Shown: positions 13,001 through 25,874 of the stretch, piece by piece
Position numbering within the stretch: position 1 is the stretch's first letter
How the letters are laid out: every line of letters starts with the position of its first letter
Assembly: GCA_036785375.1 (NCBI GenBank)
Contig: JAWMAR010004485.1
Location: 1 to 49,416, forward strand
Direction of reading: 5' to 3'
DNA: 49,416 nucleotides
DNA from: Leucoraja ocellata
Taxonomy: Eukaryota
Program-made: the position numbers and the translations under genes
Notes under the pieces: generated by a model
What the model saw: the letters and a program-made list of their open reading frames with translations, nothing else
Database searches by the model: none
Told to the model about the DNA's origin: nothing

Positions 13001-14081
13001 AATTAAAAACATACTGATAATGCAGAGAAGATCTCTCTAAGACCAGGTGCTTAACGTGCCTCTAATGCAATGGAATACAATTATCAGGAGCGACTGAAAA
13101 CAATGCAAGGTCGGTCCATATTCCCCTGACACGCTGGATAAAACAACTTCTGAGCTCCGTTACAGAAGTATTTTAATTAAAACCGTGGTTTTAATTCAAA
13201 GAGCAATAATCGATTTGTACTCACAAATACAGTGATACGTCTTCAGATACGTCTCGATGCTGTAGATAGACCTCTAGGCTCCTCAGGCCGAGATCTAGTT
13301 CCTCCTGGAACCACTTTCGTCTGGCTCAAACCTCTCCGAGAATATTAGACAATCTTTTGTCCACTTCCCTGGGACTGTATTTCTTATTCAGTTCAATGAC
13401 TGGAACCAATCCTCTCTGGCTCTGCCTCTCCGAGGTCTTAGCCTGGTCGTCCTTCTCTGGCTGTGCCTCTCCGAGGTCTTGGCCTTCTTCGCTTCGATTC
13501 ATTCTTCTGTCCCTCTCTCTGGGACTGGTATTTAATCCCCGCCGGACGTATCCTTCGACTTAATGTAGTGGCAGAGTATCATATCGTTCAGTTAATTAGC
13601 ACCCTGGCCGCTATTTGGATGAGAATGGTTGAAGGGGGTGCCTTCTGAACACATGCAAGCCAACTCACAGAGTCCTTCAGACCTTCTTCTCAGATATGAT
13701 TTCAAAACACAGTCTTTTGATGAATAAAGGCTTTATTGGTGATGGAAAACAGTGAAATACATCCTTCTTCCGAATCGTTACTGTAATCTTCTTCGAACTC
13801 TAGCTTATTATTTAGACATTAATAAACTCCTCGTGTCTCCGTAACACTGGCAATATCTCCTTTAGATCTCCCATGGTCGCAGCATGGCCCGCATGATCTT
13901 ACACATTCTTACATGTTCTTACATGTGCCTCTTACATGTTTTACATGATCTTACATGGGAGAAGGGTTAACGTTCCCCATGGTCTCCAAACTAATCTAAA
14001 AACTAAACTTCTGCGCAAGCAGCTAAGCTCCCAAAACACGTCATAAATCCCACCCACAATATAACAAGCAGTCTAAAATGG

Positions 14082-14555
14082 AAACATAGAAACATAGAAA
14101 CATAGAAAATAGGTGCAGGAGTAGGCCATTCGCCCCTCCGAGCCTGCACCGCCATTCATTATGATCATGGCTGATGATCCAACTCAGTATCCCATCCCTG
14201 CCTTCTCTCCATACCCCCTGATCCCTTTAGCCACAAGGGCCACATCTAACTCTCTCTTAAATATAGCCAATGAACTGGCCTCAGCTACCTACTGTAACAG
14301 AGAATTCCAGAGATTCGCCACTCTCTGTGTGAAAAATGTTTTCCTCATCTCGGTCCTAAAAGATTTCCCCCTTATCCTTAAACTGTGACTCTAGTTCTGG
14401 ACTTCCCCAACATCGGGGATAAACTTCTTGCATCCAGCCTGTCGAACCCCTCAATAATTTTGTAAATTTCTATAAGATCCCACCACAATCTTCTAAATTC
14501 TAGCGAGTACAAACCGAGTCTATCCAGATTTTTTTTTCATGTGAAACTCCTGTCA
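14082..14555 (-). mobile_element. CR1 LINE 3' end with (CATAGAAA)n tail
   Basis: Same family sequence and tail as the many other copies in the window. Confidence 0.85.
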
Positions 14556-14559
14556 GAAA

Positions 14560-16866
14560 TACCCCACAGTTCGTGACCACTTCAGCACTACTCCACAGTG
14601 TGTCACTACATCCGTACAACTCCACAGTGTGAAACTCCATCAGTTATACCCCACTGTATGTTACTCTATCAGAACCTCCCCACAATGTGTCACCATCAGA
14701 ACTACCTGACAGGTTATCATTCCAGCAGTATTATCACACAATATGTCACTCCATCACTACTACCCCCAAAGTGTGTCCATCCATCAGAGTTACTCTAGAA
14801 TATGTCATACATCAGTACTACCCCACAATGTGTCACCCCATCAATACTACTCCACATTGCGTTGCTCCATCAGCACTTCACCAAACTATGCCGCTCCATC
14901 AGGACAACCACATAGCGTGGTGTCCTGGGCCTCCTCCATTGTCAGACTGAGGCCCAGCGCGAATTGGAGGAACAGGACCTCGTATTTCACTTGGGTAGCT
15001 AACACAGCAGCGGTATGAACATTGACTTCTCTAACTTCAAGTATCCCTTGCTTTCCATCTTTCTTCATCCTCTTCCCCTTCCCAGTTCTTCCACCAGTCG
15101 TACTGTCTCCGACTACATTGTATCTCTGTCACGCCCTCTCATGTGACATCAGTCTGAAGAAGGATCTCGCCCCGAAACGTCACCCATTCGTTCTCTCCAG
15201 TGATGCTGTCTGTCCAGCTGATTTACTTCAGCATTGTGTGTATATTTACGCTACAGAGTGTCACTCCATTTGTACTACCATACATTTTATCAATTCATTA
15301 GTGCTACATGTGTACCACTCCACAATATGTCACCCCATCAGTAATGCGCCATAGTGTATCTCTCCATCAGTATCACCGCAATGTGACACTCCATCAATGC
15401 TCCTCCTCGGTAAGTCACTCCATCAGTACTACGTGTGTAATTCCATCTGCACTAACACACAGTGCATTACTCCACCAGTATTACCCCACACTGTTTGTCA
15501 CTTCAAATGTACCACCCCAGAGTGTCAGTCCATCTCTACGTCCCCAGAGTGTCACACCATCAGTACTACACCTCAGTGTCATTCCATCAGTACTACCCCA
15601 CAGTGTTTCCCTCCATCAGCAGTACCATAGAATGTGTCACTACATCAGTAATACCCCAAAGAGTGTCACTCCATCAGCACTGCCCTTGAATATATCATTA
15701 CATATGTGTCTCTCTATCAGTACTACAGCACAATGTGTCATTTCATCAGGACTACCCCACAGTGTGTAATTCCATAGTTACTAGCACAACATGTCATTAT
15801 TTCAGTACTACCCCACAGCGTGTCATTACATCAGTACTAGCCGCACTGTGTCACTCCATCACGACAACCTCACGGTTCATCATTCCAATAGAACTACCCC
15901 ACCGTGTGTCACTCCATCAGTACTATTTCACAGTGTCATTCCAACAGTGTTGCCCCACAGTGTCACTTCCATCAGTCCTACCCACAGAATGTCAGTCCAT
16001 CTGTACTACGCCACAGTGTGTCAGTCCATCAGTACCACCAGTGTGTCACTCCATCAGTACCACTACAGTGTGTCCCTCCATCAGTACCACCGCAGTGTGT
16101 CACTGCATCAATACCACCACAGTGTGTCACTCCATCAGTACCACCACAGTGTGTCACTCCATCAGTACCACCACAGTGTGTCACTCCATCAGCACCACCA
16201 CAGTGTGTCACTCCATCAGTACCACCACAGTGTGTCACTCCATCAGTACCACCACAGTGTGTCACTCCATCAGTACCACCACAGTGTGTCACTCCATCAG
16301 TACCACCACAGCGTGTCACTCCATCCGTACCACCACAGTGTGTCACTCCAACAGTACCACCGCAGTGTGTCACTCCAACAGTACCACCACAGTGTGTCAC
16401 TCCATCCGTACCACCACAGTGTGTCCCTCCATCAGTACCACCGCAGTGTGTCACTCCAACAGTACCACCACAGTGTGTCACTCCATCCGTACCACCACAG
16501 TGTGTCCCTCCATCAGTACCACCACAGTGTGTCACTCCATCCGTACCACCACAGTGTGTCCCTCCATCAGTACCACCGCAGTGTGTCACTCCAACAGTAC
16601 CACCACAGGGTGTCACTCCATCCGTACCACCACAGTGTGTCCCTCCATCAGTACCACCGCAGTGTGTCACTCCAACAGTACCACCACAGTGTGTCACTCC
16701 ATCAGTACCACCGCAGTGTGTCCCTCCATCAGTACCACCACAGTGTGTCCCTCCATCAGTACCACCGCAGTGTGTCACTCCATCCGTACCACCACAGTGT
16801 GTCACTCCAATCAGTATCACCACAGTGTGTCCCTCCATCAGTATCACCACAGTGTGTCACTCCATC
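14560..16866. repeat. 27-bp minisatellite (CCATCAGTACCACCACAGTGTGTCACT)n
   Basis: Degenerate units ~14560-16020; about 30 near-perfect units ~16030-16866. Produces 9-aa periodic ORFs in several frames. Confidence 0.95.
14920..15240 (+). mobile_element. Penelope-like element 3' fragment (GIY-YIG C-terminus plus terminal repeat)
   Basis: Translates to LLHCQTEAQRELEEQDLVFHLGS*HSSGMNIDFSNF, like the Penelope endonuclease C-terminus; followed by CTGAAGAAGG...CCGAAACGTC. Confidence 0.7.
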
Positions 16867-16867
16867 A

Positions 16868-18480
16868 ATAGAATAGAATAGAATAGAATAGTGTCTTTAT
16901 TGTCATTGTAACATGAACCATGTACAGCGAAATTTAAAAATGTCAGCCAGTCAGTGCACCATTCAAACATTTCTAAAAGCTAACGATACATACAAGGTAA
17001 AATATTAAAAGATAAACAACGAAAATAAATATCACGAAAATAGCACGCATTAACACCCAACCCTCCATCCTTCTGTCGATTTCACAGTGTACCACAGTCC
17101 CTTAGTATGTCTCGCCCCTGCTTTCCTTGGCGGCTACATTTAGTGCTTTTATAGCAGTGGGGTAAAAACTGTTTTTTAGTCTGTTCGTCCTTGTCCTTGT
17201 AGATCTGTACCGTCTGCCTGACGGCAACAGTTCAAACAGGGAGTGTCCGGGGTGGGAAATGTCCTTTATGATACTCTGGGATTTTTTGGTGCAGCGGGAA
17301 CTGTGTAAGTCCTCCAAGGTAAGGAGAGGGCAGCCGACAATCCTCTGGGCGTTGTCAATGGCCCTCTGGAGCGCTTTCCTCTGAGCCGCCGTGCAGCTGG
17401 TGTACCACACGCATACACAGTATGTTAGTATGCTCTCAATGGAGCACCGATAAAAGGACAGCAGCAGTCTCTGAGTGATGTTATTCTTCCTGAGCACCCT
17501 CAGGAAGTGCAGTCTCTGTTGGAGCTTTTTCAGCAGCGCAGTGGTGTTCACGCTCCACGTCAGGTCCTCCTCAATATGGATTCCCAGGAAGCGGAAATCC
17601 ACCACCCTCTCTACACAGTCCCCTCTGATGGTCAATGGTACCATGTCCGTTTTATTCTTCCTAAAGTCTATTATTAATTCCTTTGTCTTTAAGGTGTTGA
17701 GGAGCAGGTTATTTTCTTCACACCACACTGTCAGCTGCTCCACCTCATCCCGGTAGGCGTCCTCGTCCCCCCCCCCCCCCCCCCCCGGAGATGAGTCCCA
17801 CCACCCTAGTGTCATCCGCAAATTTGACAATGGTGTTGCTGTGGTGGGCGGGGGTGCAGTCATGTGTGTAGATGGTGTAGAGCAGGGGGCTCAGTACGCA
17901 GCCCTGTGGAGAGCCGGTACTGAGGCTGAGGGCCGTGGATGTATGATGGCCCACTCTGACTCTCTGGCTGCGACCCGACAGGAAGCTATTTATCCACGTA
18001 CAGGTGGAGTGTGGAAGTCCCAAGTCCCCCAGTTTGTCCACCAGTTTGTGGGGAAGGATGGTATTAAAAGCAGAGCTGTAGTCCATAAAGAGCATCCGCA
18101 CGTAGCTCCCCCGCTGCTCCAGGTGAGACAGTGCAGCATGGAGAGCTGTGGCTACAGCGTCCTCTGTGGATCTATTCGCTCTGTACGCAAACTGGTGGGG
18201 GTCAAAGCTTCGGGGCAGAAGTGATGTGATATGACCCCGGACCAGTTTTTCAAAACACTTCATCACCACTGGTGTGAGTGCGACTGGCCGGTAGTCGTTG
18301 AGGCTGGAGATGTTGGTTTTTTTGGGCAAGGGGACTATGGTGGAGGACTTCAGACAGGGTGGGACAGTGGACTGGGCCAGAGACTGGTTAAAAATCCTTG
18401 TAAGGACTCCAGCCAGCTGGTCTGCGCAGTCCTTCAACACGCGTCCAGATACGCCGTCCGGACCAGTGGCCTTCCTTGGA
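16868..18480 (-). mobile_element. Rex1/Babar-clade LINE (RT and C-terminus) with (CTATT)n tail
   Basis: ORFs 17745-18440 and 17102-17863 ([41 protein letters not shown]), offset at a poly-C run at ~17767-17786. Confidence 0.9.
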
Positions 18481-18482
18481 TC

Positions 18483-18718
18483 TCAAGATGGCCAACATTT
18501 GGGGCCTTGTTCCAAGATGGCCAACATTTGGGGCCCAGTTCCAAGATGGCCAACATTTGGGGCCTAGTTCAAGATGGCCAACATTTGGGGCCTAGTTCCA
18601 AGATGGCCAACATTTGGGGCCTAGTTCCAAGATGGCCAACATTTGGGGCCTAGTTCCAAGATGGCCAACATTTGGGGCCTTGTTCCAAGATGGCCAACAT
18701 TTGGGGCCTAGTTCGAAG
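18483..18718. repeat. 29-bp tandem repeat (TTCCAAGATGGCCAACATTTGGGGCCTAG) x~8
   Basis: Directly visible tandem array. Confidence 0.92.
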
Positions 18719-19140
18719 ATTCCACATCTCCAAGTTTGCGGATGACACGAAGCTGGGGGGCAGTGTTAGCTGTGAGGAGGATGCTAGGAGGCTGCAAGGT
18801 GACTTGGATAGGCTGGGTGAGTGGGCAAATGCATGGCAGATGCAGTTTAATGTGGATAAATGTGAGGTTATCCACTTTGGTGTCAAAAACAGGAAAGTAG
18901 ACTATTATCTAAATGGTGGCCGATTGGGAAAAGGGGAGATGCAGCGAGACCTGGGTGTCATGGTACACCAGTCATTAAAAGTAGGCATGCAGGTGCAGCA
19001 GGCAGTGAAGAAAGCCAATGGTATGTTAGCATTCATAGCAAAAGGATTTGAGTCTAGGAGCAGGGAGGTTCTACTGCAGTTGTACAGGGTCTTGGTGAGA
19101 CCACACCTGGAGTATTGAGTACAGTTTTGGTCTCCAAATC
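18719..19140 (+). mobile_element. CR1 LINE RT fragment
   Basis: ISKFADDTKLGG, LQGDLDRLGEWA..WQMQFNVDKC, RDLGV, LVRPHLEY. Confidence 0.9.
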
Positions 19141-19142
19141 AA

Positions 19143-19305
19143 GGTAACGGGGCGGGTACCATGGTAACGGGGCGGGGCACCATGGTAACGGGGCGGGGCA
19201 CCATGGTAACGGGGCGGGGCACCATGGTAACGGGGCGGGGCACCATGGTAACGGGGCGGGGCACCATGGTAACGGGGCGGGGCACCATGGTAACGGGGCG
19301 GGGCA
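19143..19305. repeat. 21-bp tandem repeat (CCATGGTAACGGGGCGGGGCA) x~8
   Basis: Directly visible tandem array. Confidence 0.92.
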
Positions 19306-19792
19306 CATAGAAACATAGAAACATAGACAATAGGTGCAGGAGTAGAGGCCATTCGGCCCTTCGAGCCTGCACCATTCGCCATTCAATATGATCATGGCTG
19401 ATCATCCAACTCAGTATCCCGTACCTGCCTTCTCTCCATACCCCCTGATCCCTTTAGCCACAAGGGCCACATCTAACTCCCTCTTAAATATAGCCAATGA
19501 ACTGTGTGGGCTCAACTACCCTCTGTGGCAGAGAGTTCCAGAGATTCACCATTCTCTGTGTGAATAAAGTTCTTCTCATCTCGGTTTTAAAGGATTTCCC
19601 CCTTATCCTTAAGCTGTGACCCCTTGTCCTGGACTTCCCCAACATCGGGAACAATCTTCCTGCATCTAGCCTGTCCAACCCCTTAAGAATTTTGTAAGTT
19701 TCTATAAGATCCCCTCTCAATCTTCTAAATTCTAGAGAGTATAAACCAAGTCTATCCAGTCTTTCTTCATAAGACAGTCCTGACATCCCAGT
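19306..19792 (-). mobile_element. CR1 LINE 3' end
   Basis: GMSGLSYEERLDRLGLYSLEFRRLRGDLIE...WNSLPQ; CATAGAAA tail. Confidence 0.88.
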
Positions 19793-19794
19793 CA

Positions 19795-20575
19795 TAGAGT
19801 GATACAGTGTGGAAACAGGCCCCTCAGCCCCATCTGCCCACACCGGCCCACATGCCCCAGCTACACCAGTCCCACCTGCCCACACCGGCCCACATGCCCC
19901 AGCTACACCAGTCCCACACCGGCCCACATGTCCCAGCTACACCAGTCCCACCTGCCCACACCTGCCCACATGTCCCAGCTACACTAGACCCACCTGCCCA
20001 CATGTCCCAGCTACACCAGTCCCACCTGCCCACATGTCCCAGCTACACCAGTCCCACCTGCCCACATGTCCGAGCTACACCAGTCCCACCTGCCCACATG
20101 TCCCAGCTACACTAGTCCCACCTGCCCACATGTCCCAGCTACACTAGTCCCACCTGCCCACATGTCCCAGCTACACCAGTCCCACCTGCCCACATGTCCG
20201 AGCTACACTAGTCCCACCTGCCCACACCGGCCCACATGCCCCAGCTACACCAGTCCCACACCGGCCCACATGTCCCAGCTACACCAGTCCCACCTGCCCA
20301 CACCGGCCCACATGTCCCAGCTACACTAGTCCCACCTGCCCACATGTCCCAGCTACACCAGTCCCACCTGCCCACATGTCCCAGCTACACCAGTCCCACC
20401 TGCCCACATGTCCCAGCTACACTAGTCCCACCTGCCCACATGTCCCAGCTACACCAGTCCCACCGGCCCACATGTCCCAGCTACACCAGTCCCACACCGG
20501 CCCACATGTCCCAGCTACACCAGTCCCACCTGCCCACATGTCCCAGCTACACCAGTCCCACCTGCCCGCGCTTGT
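19795..20575. repeat. Expanded minisatellite (CCCACATGTCCCAGCTACACCAGTCCCACCTG)n derived from a retroposon 3' end
   Basis: ~32-bp units; a shorter inverted counterpart lies at ~28735-28965 and single copies at ~41280-41360 and ~48385-48470. Confidence 0.85.
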
Positions 20576-20635
20576 TCCCTGGAGAAGGGACGGCCATGGG
20601 TTATAGGGATAGGGCTGGGAATCGCGAGGCCTCAC

Positions 20636-20721
20636 CTGCTGCGCGGGTTTGATAGATCCAGATAGGAATGAGGATGAGTGAGAAGGCGGGGATCATCGAG
20701 AGGCGGATCGCTGTGATATAA
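20636..20721 (-). pseudogene. Orphan TM exon remnant of a gene A paralogue (gene D)
   Basis: Reads YITAIRLSMIPAFSLILIPIWIYQTRAA-G|gtgagg; near-identical to the gene A TM exon 28584-28668; the 5' end is cut by a CR1 copy. Confidence 0.8.
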
Positions 20722-21365
20722 GAGGATTTGAGTCTAGGAGCAGGGAGGTTCTACTGCAGTTGTACAGGGTCTTGGTGAGACCACACCTGGAGTATTGCGT
20801 ACAGTGTTGATCTCCTAATCTGGGGAAGGACATTATTGCCATAGAGGGAGTACAGAGACGGTTCACCAGACTGATTCCTGGGATGTCAGGACTTTCATAT
20901 GAAGAAAGACTGGATAGACTTGGTTTATACTCTCTAGAATTTAGAAGATTGAGGGGGCATCTTATAGAAACTTACAAAATTCTTAAGGGGTTGGACAGGC
21001 TAGATGCAGGAAGATTGTTCCCGATGTTAGGGAAGTCCAGGACAAGGGGTCACAGCTTAAGGATAAGGGGGAAATGCTTTAAAACCGAGATGAGAAAAAC
21101 ATTTTTTTCCCACACAGAGAGTGGTGAATCTGTGGAACTCTCTGCCACAGAGGGTAGTTGAGGCCAGTTCATTGGCTATATTTAAGAGGGAGTTAGATGT
21201 GGCCCTTGTGGCTAAAGGGATCAGGGGGTATGGAGAGAAGGCAGGTACGGGATACTGAGTTGGATGATCAGCCATGATCATATTGAATGGCGAATGGTGC
21301 AGGCTCGAAGGGCCGAATGGCCTCTACTCCTGCACCTAATTTCTATGTTTCTATGTTTCTATGTT
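20722..21365 (+). mobile_element. CR1 LINE 3' end
   Basis: CR1 ORF2 C-terminus and (TTTCTATG)n tail. Confidence 0.88.
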
Positions 21366-21891
21366 GTGGCGTTGGTGCCTGGCCTCCAAGGACCTTGATG
21401 AACGAGCAAACAGGATGTCATGGAGGACTCTGAAAATGAGGTTAATTGGCACATATGAGCTCGCCGTTCAGTTGAGCCCATCCTGAGCCCAGCGTGCACT
21501 CGCCGTGGTCTAACGGGCTGACCTTTGGGCGAGAGCAAAGAGCGTAAACAGGAAACCCACACAGAGGCCTAGCTCAAACACTGTTGCCACCTCAAGCGAC
21601 AATCTTGATGAGATTGTTGGTCAACGATGTTGCATCAGTGAACGTGTCTTTCAAGTCTCTGAATGTATGAAAAGTCAAACGGATACAGTCTGTGAATGTA
21701 GGCGAGATCGGGCGTGAGTTGCACCCCAGTTGTCAGTGTCTGTGCCAAACAGCCCTCTGTAACCACCTGGTCCCAATCCTCTGGGCAACTGGGGCCTAGT
21801 TAGTTCACCTGGTATTGAAGGTTAAACCTGTCTCTGTATAGACAACATACTGGGGTCATTCAGCAGGGCTGGGCAGCATCTCCAGAGAGAA

Positions 21892-22535
21892 TAGAAACAT
21901 AGAAACATAGAAATTAGGTGCAGGAGTAGAGGCCATTCGGCCCTTCGAGCCTGCACCATTCGCCATTCAATATGATCATGGCTGATCATCCAACTCAGTA
22001 TCCCGTACCTGCCTTCTCTCCATACCCCCTGATCCCTTTAGCCACAAGGGCCACATCTAACTCCCTCTTAAATATAGCCAATGAACTGTGTGGCCTCAAC
22101 TACCCTCTGTGGCAGAGAGTTCCAGAGATTCACCACTCTCTGTGTGAAAAAAGTTCTTCTCATCTCGGTTTTAAAGGATTTCCCCCTTATCCTTAAGCTG
22201 TGACCCCTTGTTCTGGACTTCCCTAACATCGGGAACAATCTTCCTGCATCTAGCCTGTCCAACCCCTTAAGAATTTTGTAAGTTTTTATAAGATCCCCCC
22301 TCAATCTTCTAAATTCTAGAGAGTATAAACCAAGTCTATCCAGTCTTTCTTCATAAGACAGTCCTGACATCCCAGGAATCAGTCTGGTGAACCGTCTCTG
22401 CACTCCCTCTATGGCAATAATGTCCTTCCTCAGATTTGGAGACCAAAACTGTACGCAATACTCCAGGTGTGGTCTCACCAAGACCCTGTACAACTGCAGT
22501 AGAACCTCCCTGCTCCTAGACTCAAATCCTTTTGC
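21892..22535 (-). mobile_element. CR1 LINE 3' end
   Basis: ORF 22068-22493 with CR1 C-terminal motifs; CATAGAAA tail. Confidence 0.88.
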
Positions 22536-23036
22536 AATGGAATGAATGGGTGACGTTTCGGGTCGAGACCCTTCTTCAGACTGACGTCAGGGAGGAGGGA
22601 AATAGATAGATAAGGAAGTTTGAAGGTGTGAAAACAGGGCAAAGGGAATGGTGATCAAGGATAATGTTGAATAGATCATTGTTAGCTGGGAACCAAACAG
22701 ATAAAATGCAGTCCAAGTCAGTAAGACTGGTCAGGGTCACTGTAGAAAATAGGTGCAGGAGTAGAGGCCATTCGGCCCTTCCAGCCAGCACCATTCGCCA
22801 TTCAATATGATCATGGCTGATCGTCCCCAATCAATAACCCGCTGCCGTCTCCCCATATCCCTTGACTCCACTCGCCCCTAGAGCTCTATCTAACTCTCTC
22901 TTAAACCCATCCAGTGACTTGGCCTCCACTGCCCTCTGTGGCAGAGAATTCCACAGATTCACACAACTCTCTGGGTGGAAAAGCTTTTTTCTCACCTGAG
23001 TCTTAATGGCCTCCCCTTTATACTAAGACCCGGCAC

Positions 23037-23475
23037 TGTACACCTGTGCTGCCCAGTACTGGGCCTTGGTACACCTGTGGTACCCAGTACTGCCTTGGTA
23101 CATCCGTGGTACCCAGTACTGGGCCTTGGTACACCTGTGCTGCCCAGTACTGGGCCTTGGTACACCTGTGCTGCCCAGTACTGGGCCTTGGTACACCTGT
23201 GCTGCCCAGTACTGGGCCTTGGTACACCTGTGCTGCCCAGTTCTGGGCCTTGGTACACCTGTGGTACCCAGTACTGGGCCTTGGTACACCTGTGCTGCCC
23301 AGTACAGGGCCTTGGTACACCTGTGCTGCCCAGTCACTGGGCCTTGTTACACCTGTGCTGCCCAGTACGGGGCCTTGTACACCTGTGCTGCCCAGTACGG
23401 GGCCTTGGTACACCTGTGCTGCCCAGCACTGGGCCTTGGTACACCTGTGCTGCCCAGTACGGGGCCTTGGTACAT
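23037..23475. repeat. 31-bp minisatellite (GTACACCTGTGCTGCCCAGTACTGGGCCTTG) x~14
   Basis: Directly visible; the consensus unit has the 14-bp palindrome GCCCAGTACTGGGC. Confidence 0.93.
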
Positions 23476-23547
23476 CCCTTGCCCTGGCTTTTGGTCGAAC
23501 AACTGAACCCGTGGCCTGGTCACCCCTTCACTCTGCAGGTAGCTACA

Positions 23548-24321
23548 GATAGAAACATAGAAACATAGAAATTAGGTGCAGGAGTAGAGGCCATTCAGCC
23601 CTTCGAGCCTGCACCATTCGCCATTCAATATGATCATGGCTGATCATCCAACTCAGTATCCCGTACCTGCCTTCTCTCCATACCCCCTGATCCCTTTAGC
23701 CACAAGGGCCACATCTAACTCCCTCTTAAATATAGCCAATGAACTGTGTGGCCTCAACTACCCTCTGTGGCAGAGAGTTCCACAGATTCCCCACCTCTCT
23801 GTGTGAAAAACGTTCTTCTCATCTCGGTTTTAAAAGATTTCCCCCTTATCCTTAAGCTGTGACCCCTTGTCCTGGACTTCCCTAACATCGGGAACAATCT
23901 TCCTGCATCTAGCCTGTCCAACCCCTTAAGAATTTTGTAAGTTTCTATAAGATCCCCTCTCAATCTCCTAAATTCTAGAGAGTATAAACCAAGTCTATCC
24001 AGTCTTTCTTCATAAGACAGTCCTGACATCCAGGAATCAGTCTGGTGAACCTTCTCTGTACTCCCTCTATGGCAATAATGTCCTTCCTCAGATTTGGAGA
24101 CCAAAACTGTACGCAATACTCCAGGTGTGGTCTCCACCAAGACCTGTACACTGCAGTAGAACCTCCCTGCTCCTAGACTCAAATCCTTTTGCTATGAAAG
24201 CTAACATACCATTGGCTTTCTTCACTGCCTGCTGCACCTGCAGGCCTACCTTCAATGACTGTGTACCATGACAACCAGGTCTCGCTGCCTTCTCCACCCT
24301 TTTCCCAATCGCGCACCATTT
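23548..24321 (-). mobile_element. CR1 LINE 3' portion running into a gap
   Basis: Same family; several single-base deletions relative to sibling copies. Confidence 0.88.
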
Positions 24322-25874
24322 NNNNNNNNNNNNNNNNNNNNNNNNNNNNNNNNNNNNNNNNNNNNNNNNNNNNNNNNNNNNNNNNNNNNNNNNNNNNNNN
24401 NNNNNNNNNNNNNNNNNNNNNNNNNNNNNNNNNNNNNNNNNNNNNNNNNNNNNNNNNNNNNNNNNNNNNNNNNNNNNNNNNNNNNNNNNNNNNNNNNNNN
24501 NNNNNNNNNNNNNNNNNNNNNCCCGTTCCTGCCTTCTCTCCAAACCCCCCTTGATTCCGTTAGCCCTTAAGAGCTAAATCTAACTCTTGAAAACACCCAG
24601 TGAATTGGCCTCCACTGCCTTCTGTGGCAGAGAATTCCACAGATTCACAACTCAATGGGTGAAAATGCACCTATGCGTCCTCCTGCACCTTTGTTTCCAG
24701 TTCCCCGACCAGCCTTACTGACTTCGACTGCATTTTACGTGTTTGGTTCCCAGCTAACAATGATCTATTCAACATTATCCTTGATCACCATTCCCTTTGC
24801 CCTGTTTTCACACCTTCAAACTTCCTTATCTATCTATTTCCCTCCTCCCTGACGTCAGTCTGAAGAAGGGTCTCGACCCGAAACGTCACCCATTCATTCT
24901 CTCTGGAGATGCTGCCCAGCCCTGCTGAATTACCCCAGTATGTTGTCTATCAGAGACAGGTTTAACCTTCAATACCAAGTGAACTAACTAGCCCCAGTTG
25001 CCGAGAGGATTGGGACCAGTTGGTTACAGAGGGCTGTCTGGCGCAGACACTGACAACTGGGGTTCAACTCACACGCGATCTCGCCTACATTCACAGATTG
25101 TATCGGTTTGACTTTTCATACATTCAGAGACTTGAAAGACACGTTCACTGATGCAACATCGTTGACCAACAATCTCGTCAAGATTGTCGCTTGAGGTGGC
25201 AAAAGTGTTCGAGCTAGGCTCTGTGTGGGTTTCTGTTTACGCTCTTTGCTCTCGCCCAAAGGTCAGCCCGTTAGACCACGGCGAGTGCGTGCTGGCTCAA
25301 CTGAACGGCGAGCTCATCTGTGCCAATTAACCTCATTTCAGAGTCCTCCATGTCATCCTGTTTGCTCGTTCATCAAGGTCCCTGGAGGCCAGGCGCCAAC
25401 GCCACTAGCAACGCACATCCCGTGGAAGCTGTGAGAGGGTTTACCTGTCAAGGATGGGCCTCGTTAACCTGAACCAGAGTGGCTTTGCTTCTGCTCCCAG
25501 TAACGTGAGTGCTGCCTCGCCTGAGCAGCCCCGCATCGGGCGGGGTCACCAGACAGGGTCACCAGGCAGGGTCCACAGGCCAGGGTCACCAGGCAGGGTC
25601 ACCAGGCAGAGGTCACCAGGCAGGGTCACCAGGCAGAGGTGACCTTAAAGTGATGCTCCTTCTCCGCCCTGCAGGAATGAACACATGGCCTAACATCCTC
25701 TTTATCCCCCCCCCCCCCCCCCCCCCCCAATCTTCCCCAAGTGGCTCTGGACACGGCGGCCCCGCCCGCGGAAGTTGGCACCGAGCATCACCGAGCCAGA
25801 GGCTGAACCAAAGAGACTCGACTCACCCCAGTCGACACTTGGCCGGGAGCGCAGGACCAGCCGCCCACATCTCC

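Noticed and set aside
15735-16881. Long ORFs of 273-378 aa
   Set aside because: Translations of a stop-free 27-bp minisatellite, open in several frames.
18483-23475. CRISPR-like arrays (29-, 21- and 31-bp repeats)
   Set aside because: Head-to-tail repeats with no unique spacers, no cas genes, eukaryotic context.
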